Notes under the pieces: generated by a model
What the model was told of the DNA's origin: nothing
Seen by the model: the letters and a program-made list of their open reading frames with translations, nothing else
Databases searched by the model: none
Origin: the human T2T-CHM13v2.0 reference genome, Homo sapiens
Length of the DNA: 64,000 bases
NCBI RefSeq assembly: GCF_009914755.1
Contig: NC_060945.1
Direction: 5' to 3' (one strand)
Shown: positions 53,364 through 64,000 of the stretch, one piece after another
How the letters are laid out: every line of letters begins with the position of its first letter
How positions within the stretch are numbered: position 1 is the first letter of the stretch
Translations under genes and position numbers: made by a program

Positions 53364-54702
53364 CTGGTAGACATATGGGCTCCCCAAATGGATTGTAAGT
53401 CATGCAGAGGCCGAAACTGAGTTTCCTCCACTTCCACGACCCCAGCAGTGCCTAGCCCATAGCCAGCCACAGAATGGACCCTCAGTAAACGCATGCTGAG
53501 TGGACAGCACATGGTCTAGGCCGGGAAGGGGTGAGGTGTAGGAAGCAGGGAAGTGCAGAGGTGCACACCCTGAATGTGAGGGCCTCCTTGAGTTTGCAGC
53601 CCAGGTCCCGGGCCCTGCCCGTGTGGTCTGCAGGGAGAAGTCATTGGTCTACATGCAATGACCCTGCCGGCCTCTGGGACTCACACTCCGCAAGCTCAAG
53701 GGCCTGGTTGGCACCATGGAAAAATCTTGAAGCGCTCACTTGGCGTGAACAAGGTCTGGGGTTCATGAGAATCAGAACCTTCCAGAACCCTGGGCTGTGC
53801 ACTGTTATGCTGAAAGGCTGGTGCTCATTTTGGACCGTCAAGCGCAGCCATGAGCAGAAGGAATCCCTCCGAGCATCGTGCCCAGATGGCGGCTCAGCCT
53901 TTCCCTTGTAACGCGTGGCCCAGAGGAAGGGGCCGGCGTCGTTCTGCCACAGGGCTGTTCTGCCACAGGGCTGCTCCCCCAGGAAGCCCTAAATGTGCAG
54001 ACTGTGTGGGAGGAAACAGCCCCCTTGGATTACTGGGCTATAAAACTTCAAATGCATGAAGACTTTGGGTGGTGATCAAAACCCCAGCGCACCCCAGGAC
54101 CCCACCATGCAAAGCTCGCCCCACCAGATAGTCCCTGAAGGTCCTTGTTTCTCAATACACAGCCCCTGGCTGGGCCTCACATCGGCCCAGATCCTTCCTG
54201 GAGCTTTGGTTTTTCTTGAATCCTCAGCAGTCCCCACCCTGCTGCTGTTAGGACAGAACCGCCAAGTCAGGAGCAACAGATAAAAGGGCTTCCCCTGCCC
54301 TGGTCCCTGCGCTACAGTGTAGGCTGAGCCAGCCTCATGGCCTGTGCAGCATGTCAAAGACAGCATCCCCATTTCGCCCTGCCCTCCCCTCAGCACCACA
54401 AAATACACAAGGCCCAGAAGAGGAGTCCAAATGCCTTCTCGCTGTCCCATGTTCACACGGACGCTGCTTAAGGATTTAAGTACATCTCAGAACACAAGAA
54501 GCCATGAGTGAGACTCTTGCTTTGTTCAAAAAGCTGTGTGATGTCCACACAAAACGGAAAACAAGTACGGGCTGCCAGCTCCCTGACAGGGACCCCCTCC
54601 CCATCCACGGAGATAAAACAAGCAATCACAGAAGTGGCTGGACCTACGAGCCTCTTCATCAGCTGACAAAATAGCTCTGAGGAACCCAGGAGCGTCACTG
54701 GG

Positions 54703-55121
54703 TGTATTGGGCCATTCTTGCATTGCTATAAAGAAATACCTAAGGTTGCATCATTTATAAAGAAGAGGTTTAACTAGTTCCCGGTTCTGCAGGCTGTACA
54801 AGCATGGCGCAGGGCATCTGCTCAGCTTCTGGGGAGGCCTCAGGGAGCTTTTACTCATGGCAGAAGGCGAAGCAAGGGCAGGCATGTCACATGGCTAGAA
54901 CAGGAGCGAGAGAAAGAATGGAGGGGAGGTGTCGCACACTTTTAAACAACCAGATCTCCCAAGCACTCACTATCACGAGGACAAGACCAAGGGGATGGCA
55001 CTAAACCACTCATGAGAAATCCGCCCGCATGATCCAACCACCTCCCACCAAGCCCCGCCTCCGACAGTGGGGATTGCAATTCAACGCGAGATTTACAGGA
55101 GACGACATCCAAACTATTCTG
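54703..55121 (-). mobile_element. MSTA/MSTB MaLR solo LTR
   Basis: tgtattgggccattcttgcattgctataaagaaatacct...ggggaggcctcagggagcttttactcatggcagaagg; TSD ctggg at 54698-54702 and 55122-55126. Confidence 0.88.
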
Positions 55122-55936
55122 CTGGGGGTGGTGTGCATAGCAGGGAAGGAAGGTAGCGTGGATGCAGATGTCCCAGCAGGGTCTCGGATGGGGTTGGAAA
55201 GGCCTGTTCTCTCCCCTAGGAGTAGCCAGGACAGACCAGGCCTGGATGGGACCTGGAAGACACCTCCTGGTTCCCATTACATTTGCATTGCTCAGCCAAA
55301 GACCACAGGCTGGGCAGGGACCTCAGGGTTCTCAGGACCCCATAAAAGAGAAGGCGGAGGAGGAAACAACCTCTGTGCACACCCACAGATGGGGCCTCGG
55401 CCAGCATCCAGGCCAGCCCCGCCATGGGGAGGCGGCTTCAGTGCCAGTCAGGGTGACTCCCAGCAGCTCTGGAGCCAGGCCCTGGTAGACCCCTGAGCAA
55501 AGGCTGCCCTCCCCGGCCCTACCCAGGGAAATGGGTGGAGGGTGGCTTCCCCACAGAGAGAAGTACCTGGAACAAAAAGGGATTGAGGGACAGGGGCTGT
55601 GGGCCCTGTACACACTAGAACCTGCTGTCTTCCTGAAACTCACCCGAGGGACCCCACATTAGGCCTAGTCTTTTACCCAATACCCAGGGAGACAATTCCA
55701 GCTACACCCCTCAATCATCCCAGCAGAATCACGGTCAAGCCCGCAGGGAGGTGACCAGGAGCACAGTCCCTAGTGAGAGGAAAGAGCCACAGAATCACCT
55801 TTTCCTGAGGAAACAGAACCAAGCTAGGGCAGCGAAAATCCATAGTGAACACGAGCGACGCCCCCAGTGCGAGAACAGAGGATTTGGGAAACACAAAGCA
55901 GAAGCAAACAGAAAGAAGAAACACTTGCTGATGCTA

Positions 55937-56522
<586 letters not shown>

Positions 56523-56647
56523 TCAGACTGACAGGATTCATGGGGCAGTGAACAGGACAGGCAGAACCCACGCCAGCCAGGCAGCAGGAAGGAAGAGCAA
56601 AGAAAAACATGAGAGGTTATATCTTCCAGGAGAAAAAGTCGGTGACC

Positions 56648-57085
56648 TGCTGGATTTGTCTCCTAGGTCTTCCAGAACAAAATGTGGCACTACAAATGGG
56701 TGACTTAAAACAGCAAAAATGCATTCTGTCATGGTTCTGGAGGCTACGAATGCAAAATCAAGATACCAGCAGGGCCACGCTCCCTCGGAAAGCTCTAGGA
56801 GAGATTCCATTCTATGCCCCTCGTAGCTTCTGGTTTTGCCACTGTCCTCAACTTGTAGACACAACACTCCCAGCTTCTGCCTCCCTGCTCATACAGCCTT
56901 CCCCCTGAGTGTCTGCATCTCTGTGTCTCTTCCCCTCTTCTTAGAGGGACATCAATATGTTGGATTAGGGACCCAGCCTACTCCAGTAGGACCTCATCTC
57001 TTAACTAATTACATCTGCAATTACCCTAGTTCCAAAGGCATTAGGATTTCAACATCCTTTTAGACGACCCAGTTCAGCCCACCAC
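56648..57085 (-). mobile_element. MLT1C-like LTR
   Basis: gggtgacttaaaacagc...ttctggaggc...ttggattagggaccc...acatctgcaa. Confidence 0.8.
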
Positions 57086-57439
57086 ACCTACAAAAGAACA
57101 AAAATAAGATTTTTATCAGGCCTTTCAATAACAACAGGATACAAGAAAACTATGGAGTCATACCTTAGATATTTTAAAGAAAAGCATTTTAACTTAGAAC
57201 AGTGCATCTGGTTAGATTATTATTTAACACAAAAAAGTAATAGCTCCGGGCTCATATATAGATGGTTTCAAAGAACTTGTTCCATAAAGCACTATTTGAG
57301 AAAATTCTTAAAGGGTTTCCTCTGGCAGAAGAAAAAAGACGAATCCAAGAAAAAGATATAAGTAAGGATCAGTATAAAGTTAGCGAAAGAAAGTTTTGTT
57401 GTCAAAATTAGCAAGGAGTCAAAAATATTAGGTTCTCAG

Positions 57440-60400
57440 CAGGGCTTCAGCATGGCTAACTGCAGGCTTCTGGTACTCACCCCCTCCACAACAAAGACCG
57501 AAAATAGCGAGTAGATGGTCACACTCTGAACAGATCATCTAAGAGAACGCTAGAATTCAACAGAGAGTGAAAAGAAACACCTAAAGCCAGGAAGGCGAGA
57601 AAAGCAAGGCAGCCTGCTTGGCAGGGGTCAGCTGGGATCCTGGAGAGGCTCCCAGTGCAGGGAAAGGGTGAGTGAGTGACCCCCAGAGGTCCACACTTCC
57701 ACTGCAGACTCCTGCATCCTAGCCACGGGAAAGCCCCTAGACTCTCACAGCCCCAAAGACTTATCTAGGATGCTGCCTACAGACCATGTGATGGCTTTGC
57801 TCCAGAGGGGAACTCGTGCCAGGTCCCACCTCACCCCCACCCTAGGCAGCTACAGCAGGGTGTCACAATAAGAGCCTAGCCCTCACCAGACTGCATCCTG
57901 GACCCAATAGCCCCTGGATCTCCACATCCCTGGAGCCCCACTGACATCCCCTGCCCACAGATGCTACCATGACTGACGGCTGCCCCCAGGGCTGAAGTGC
58001 GAGTCAGTAACAAAGAGCCCACTGCCCCTGGCAGTGATGCTGCCACGCATTTTCATGCACCTTAAAAACAAACCCCCCTGCCCACAGCAGTCACAGATGC
58101 CAATGCACACGCAAAGTGTGCACTCCTCAGCCACCTGTGGCTGCTGCCACTGAAAGCTACTTAGCCCTCCCCAGAAGCAGGGCTGCAGCACATCTTGGGC
58201 CTGGGGATCACCCCACCTCTGCCCACCACAACGAGGACCTGCAAGCACCACTGGGGGTCTGAGGACAGGTCCACCCAGCCTGGCTCTGCACCCCCAGTGT
58301 CCAGGCATGCCAACCAGAGGACTGAGGACTGCCTAGCCTAGTCCCCACCGCTGACACCTGAGCCCTCCTCCCAGGGGCTTCAAGTTAGGCCCATCCAACC
58401 TGCCATCCCTGCAACAGTGGGCACCCACCTGCACATGCCACATGCAGGCCTGGCAACTGGCCCACCTAGCATGTTGTAGCCACCACCAACACCAGCACAA
58501 ACTGCTTGGGAGCCAGAGATTTGTCCTGCCACTGCTACTGCCATCACCCACACTATGCTTGTTGCCTAGGGGCCAAAGAACCTGCCCACCTGCCTGGCCC
58601 ACCACTACTGGTATCTGAGTAAGCTGCCTGGAGTCCCAAAAATCAGCTCTCTTTAACCTGCTAACACTGGCGCCAGCGTACACATCCCTGAAGCCGAAGG
58701 ACAGGCACACTTGGCACACTGCTACTACCACTGGGACCTGAGGACAGGCCAACCTGGCATCTTTCCCCCGGCAAAATTTGACCACAGCCTCCACTAATAA
58801 CCACATCCTAAGCCACTGAGGAAATCAAACACCACTGACACTGTTAGGCCAAAGAAATCACACAGAAACTATGCTACTGTACCCACAATCGAAACCAAAG
58901 TGCCCTACTCAACACTACAGATACATCTTCAGAAAAAAGTTCCCACCCATGAAAGCAAATTCAAGAAATTGGAAGAAGTGACTGTTACACTAGATGTGCA
59001 GATATCAATGTGAGGAGAAAAAAACATGAAAAAGCAAGGAAATATAACACCACCAAAGGAACACAATAATTCTCCAGCAACAGATCCAAATCAAAAAGAA
59101 CTTATGAAATCTCAGGGAAAGAAATTCAAAATAATGATATTAAAGAAGGAGAGTAAGATACAAGTGAATACAGAAAAATAGTTCAAAGAAATCAGAAACA
59201 TAATTCAGGATATGAATGAGAAATTACCAAAGAAATGAGTATCATAAAAAAAGGACCAAATAAAAATTCTAGTACCAAAGAATGCATTAAATAAAATATA
59301 AAATACATTTGAAAGCTTCAACGATAAACTAGATCAAGCAGAAAAAGGATTTCAGAACTTGAAGAGAGGTCTTTTGAAATAAACCAGTCAGATAAAAATA
59401 AGAAAAAAGAATAAAAATGAACAAGGCTAGGCCAGGTGCGGTGGCTCATGCCTGTAATCCCAGCACTTTGGGAGGCCGGGGCGGGTGGATCACGAGGTCA
59501 AGAGTTCAAGATCAGCCTGGTCAAGATGGTGAGACACCATCTCTACTAAAAATATGAAAAAAATTAGCTGGGCATAGTGGTGGGCGTCTTTAATCCCAGC
59601 TACTCGGGAGGCTGAGGCAGAGAATTGCTTGTGAACCTGGGAGGCAGAGGTTGCAGTGAGCTGAGATCGCACCACTGCACTCCAGCCTCGGCGACAGAGC
59701 AAAACTCTATCTTAAAAAAAATGAACAAAGCTTACATGACATATAGGACACTATAAAGTGACAAAATATTCTAATTTTTGGTGTCCCAGAAGGTAAAGAG
59801 AAAACTAAAAGAATAGAAAACTTATTTAACAAAATAAGAGCTGAAAAATTTCCCAAGTTTAGCAAGAGATGTATACATCTGGATACAGGAATCTCAGTGA
59901 CCCCCAAACAAATAAAATGCAAAAAAAGGTCTTTTCTATGTCACATTATAGTCAAACTGTCAAAAATCAAAGACAAAGAGAATTCTAAACACAAGAGGAA
60001 AGCATCTAGTCACTTATGAGGGAACCTCAGTCAGACTAACAGTAGATTTCTCAGCAGAAACTTTATAGGCCAGGACAGTGTGGAATAATATATTCACAGA
60101 GCTGAAAGAAAAGAAAACTGCTGTCCAAGGAAATGATACTATACCCAGTAAAGTTTTTCTTTATAAATGAATGAGAAATAAAGTCTTTCCCAGACAAGCA
60201 AAAGCTAAAGGAATTCATCACCACTAGACCATTCCTACAAGAAATGCTTAAGGCAGTCCCACATTTGGAAGCAAAAGGACAGTATCTACCATAATTAAAA
60301 TACACAAAAATATAAAAACCCATTGGAAAAGCAAACACACAAATAAGGAAGAGCAAAGACTCAAATATTACTACTACAGAAAATTACCAAACCACAATCA

Positions 60401-60850
60401 TAAATAAGAGAGAAAGGAACAATGGATATACAAAACAATCAGATATCAATTAATAAAATGACAGGAAAATGTATTAACCACTCCACTTAAAAGATATAGA
60501 CTGAATGAATTTTTCAAATGATCCAACTATATGCTGTATAAATGAAACTCATTTCACCTCCAAAGACACATATTGACCTAAAGTAAAGGGATGAAAAAAG
60601 ACATCCCACACAAACAGAAACCCAAAACCAAGCAGGATTAGCTACACTCATATCCAATAAAACAGACTTTGAGTCATAAACAGTAAAAAGAGACAAAGAA
60701 GGTCATTATATAATGATAAAGGGATCAATTCAGCAAGAAGATATAACAATTCTAAACATATATGCATCCAACACTGGACCACCAGATATATAAGGCAAAT
60801 ATTATTAGATCTAAAGGGAGAGATAGACTTTAATAAAATGATAGTCAGGG
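57440..60850 (+). mobile_element. ancient L1M (L1M2-like) 5' UTR, ORF1 and start of ORF2; 3' part missing
   Basis: 5' end aaaatagcgagtagat...gatcatctaagagaa; ORF1 motifs (aaagaaattcaaaataatg, gatttctcagcagaaac); endonuclease region (ggtcattatataatgataaagggatcaattcagcaagaagat). Confidence 0.85.
59430..59720 (+). mobile_element. AluS (Sg-like) inside L1M ORF1
   Basis: Dimer with TSD aaaaatgaacaa(g/a)gct. Confidence 0.93.
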
Positions 60851-61679
60851 ATAGGACTGAGTGGCTTAAGGTGGGTCAGTGAGTTTCCCAGAGCTTCAAG
60901 CTTTTAAGTGGAGGAGCTCAGAGTCAAGCCCCTCTCCCAGCTCTGCAGGCCTCAAATACAACCACCATCCCACCAGAAACAGGTCCCCCTTGGCTTTGAT
61001 GTACCACTGAGTTTGAGGGGCTCCTGAGACCCCCAGACATCTCTTCAAGCAACACTACATCTGAAAGTCACACATCTGAGAGGTCCTTAGGGGTATCAGT
61101 CTCATTGGAGACAGTGACAGAAGCTGGAGAAAGGCTGGGAGTGCAGCCCCCCAGCAGGAGGTCTCACCGTGGATGGGAAGAGACCTGAACCATCTTCAAA
61201 TACTCTTACGTGTCCCATTTTAAGAAAATAGAACCAACGTGTTTCCAGCAAATTGAACACACATGGACATTTTTTAATGAACTCCAGTCAGCCCATCTGT
61301 CAAAACTGAAGATGCTGGAGAAACCTAAGACTCCTCTAAAGTTACAGCCAAAAAGATGTGATATACCTCCAAGAACTGCACAAGGGATGCTGCTAGCAAC
61401 ACTTCAGTGTTGTGGTCAACAAAGAAGTGGAGTAGAGGAGGAGTTTCTCTCTTGCCCTTCCCTGCGAAGATCGCTTTCCCCAGCATCGTTCCCAAAAATA
61501 GCAGCCGAGCTTTTAAAACACACACACTCCAGATCTGTGCTCCTGGGAGAGCTTGTTCAACTCACATCCTGCATGTACACAGAGCTCTAAATAGAGACTC
61601 CTAACTCTATAAAGGAATTCCTTTTAAGGAATCCACCCAAATCTGTTAATAACCAATCGTAGAATAAACACCAAAGGAT

Positions 61680-61682
<3 letters not shown>

Positions 61683-61710
<28 letters not shown>
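61683..61710. repeat. (GT)n microsatellite
   Basis: Perfect GT run of about 14 units. Confidence 0.95.
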
Positions 61711-61714
<4 letters not shown>

Positions 61715-62293
61715 ACGTGTGCACGCATGCACATCAGTGCATCTAAGTGTGTATGGGGGTGAGGGACCTTCTCCTTCCAGAACCTCCCTCCTCCCACTTG
61801 TCCTGCCACTGCTACTGCCTACTCTGTAGCATAAGGGCCTGCAGACCAACAGGAGCCCAGGCAGCAAATATCACTCCTGAGGGCCCAGATAAGACCCTGT
61901 CACTCACCACATACCAAAGAAAATGATATATATATAATATACATAATATATTCAAATATATACAAATTTGTATTTGATATGTATACATTAATTTTATATA
62001 GTGATTATAGAGATAGATGATATGTTATATATATTCTGTTTCACTGTGCTTACACTATTTTCACTGTAGAAAAGGGACAAATAGAGGCTGCGGCAGGACG
62101 GAAGGGTCACTTGCTTTTACACTGTGTAACTTTTTGTGGCTTTGAATTTTGTACTTGAAAAAATTAATTTGTGTGTGTGTGTCCTGCAGGTAAACTGTTG
62201 TCTTCTAAAAAATTTCTGCTTGACTTCCTAATCTCCAGCAGGGACCAAAACTTTTTCAGGAGCTCAGCATGCCCTCCCCTCCCCACCCATCCC

Positions 62294-62588
62294 CAACACA
62301 CATGTACTCACACACATGCATATCACACACCCACACAACACACATGTACTCACACACATGCATGTCACACACACACCCATGCAACACACATGTACTCACA
62401 CACATGCATGCCATACACCCACACAGCACACATGTATTCACACATGTATGCCACACACCCACACAGCACACATGTACTCACACACATGCATGCCACACAC
62501 CCACACAGCACAAATGTATGAACACACATAGGCCATACACACCAGACACACACACCACACTGACACACACACACACACACACACACAC
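62294..62588. repeat. CA-rich minisatellite (unit about 42 bp) ending in (CA)n
   Basis: cacatgtactcacacacatgcat...cacacacccacaca recurs about 5-6 times. Confidence 0.85.
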
Positions 62589-63297
62589 GCATTTGTCAGG
62601 AAAGAGCCTTTCACCACCCGCTGAGACCCCTCCCGCAGCATTTCTGAGCCCAGGTGCAGGGCAGGGCTCAGCTGGCCAACCAGGCCAGCATCAGGTCACA
62701 ATGAACTCGCAACATGGATAGGAAAGGCCCAAGTCCTCTAAGCCTCAGAATTCAGTGCCACCTAGAGGCTCCTCTGTTGCATGATTTCTCAATTCTGAGT
62801 GAAAAGGCAGGCCCAGCCACTGGCCTCATGAAACAGGAGGTGGTCCCATGAGCCTGTAATGTCCAAAGAAGGCACTCATATTTCTTATGAGGACTTGAGA
62901 GATTGGGGCTGCCTGTCCGAGCTGCTGGCCAGGTCCCCAAGACCTGGAAGTGCTCAGTATCCCCTCGCAATTTTGCCACTCTACTCAGAGTGCAAACTGG
63001 TCAATCACTTCTGGAAACTATCTGGCAATATCTATTTGAGTTGAGCATGTGCAGCCCCTCGGCACAGCAGTCACACTCCTGATCTATACCCAACATATAT
63101 GTGCATATAAAACTCCTGCCCACCCCAGCTCACTGAAATAAGGCCCCTGAAAATCCCAGCCCCTCAGCTGGGCCATTCCCCCTTGCAGGGAAAGGGCTGG
63201 AGGAAGCTGGGAGCTCATGTTGCTCCCAGGCCCAGCAGCATCGCAAGTGTGGATGGCTCCCTCCATCCTGCCCCCTCTCGGTCCCCACCCTCTGAAG

Positions 63298-63511
63298 CAG
63301 CGGTTCTTAGCCAGGGATGATTTTGTCCCCTGGGGGACATTTGGCAATATCTGGAGACATTTTTGCTTGGCATACCCGGGGAAGAGGATGTACTGGCAGC
63401 TGGTGGGTAGAGGCCAGGGGTTCTGTGCAGCATCCTACGGTGCATTGGGCAGCCCCATGTGAAGGAGCATCCGGCTCCAAACGGCAATAGCAATGAAGCC
63501 AAGATATTGTG
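63298..63511 (+). mobile_element. MER20 hAT-Charlie element
   Basis: gattttgtcccctgggggacatttggcaatatctggagacattttt...gggtagaggccaggg...catcctac. Confidence 0.88.
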
Positions 63512-64000
63512 CCTTAAGTTCTCAATGGCGGAAGAGTGGGTGTAAATTATTACTTATTTTAAATAATTGGGCATTTCAGCTAAAGATTTAGAATTAAAAA
63601 ATTCTATTACAGGAGAATTCAGTTCTAAGGCAGATGCATTTATCTTGCATTTTAAAAGAACAAAGCTGCCTAATGAAAACGGCAGAGTGAGACCATGCAC
63701 TTCCTGGGCTTTAGATGCATCTTTTTCCCAGCCTGGGAAGCTGTTCCATTCTCCAGCGAACACCACTTACTACCTAATGACTGTTCCCCCATGGACCTGT
63801 GAGTGCACTCAAATCCAAAGTTCTTATGCTGGATCACTCAAAGGGATAAAAATACATTTCTACTCATTCTTTTCTTCCCTAAAGGCAATGTCCTGTTTAT
63901 CCTTCCTTGTCTCTAAATAGATAATTTAATCAAAATGAACTAACCAGATGATCTACAATAATCAACATTAGCTGTGAAAATTGTTTATGGAACTACTCGC

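Noticed and set aside
53876-53895. CTCF-like motif (cccagatggcgg), and similar partial matches near 13583, 16337 and 17783
   Set aside because: Each is only a partial match to the core consensus and cannot be called without PWM scoring or ChIP data.

Overview
This is primate (most likely human) euchromatic genomic DNA, judged from 17 Alu elements, primate L1PA elements and a MER11 LTR. It is mostly interspersed repeats (Alu, L1, L2, MIR, MaLR/ERV LTRs, and hAT and piggyBac DNA-transposon fossils) plus several tandem repeats. I find no credible intact protein-coding gene, RNA gene or CRISPR array. The only protein-like ORFs are transposon remnants: L1 ORF2 reverse transcriptase, a Charlie3 hAT C-terminal domain, and a PGBD4-like piggyBac N-terminus. 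Unique sequence holds candidate non-coding exons (+ strand at about 30.3-30.5 kb and 33.5-33.7 kb; - strand at 42-236) and candidate cis-regulatory clusters (about 19.4-19.6 kb and 20.5 kb). I cannot name the host gene. The most notable structures are a MER33 split by two tail-to-tail L1s (one with a twin-priming inversion), a 24/48/96-bp hierarchical minisatellite, a perfect 39-bp VNTR, a MER53 hairpin, a MaLR LTR carrying both a MER75 and a MER1A, and a 16:1 Alu strand bias. I see no evidence of a novel biological system. Repeat family and subfamily names come from recalled consensus sequences and need RepeatMasker/Dfam confirmation.
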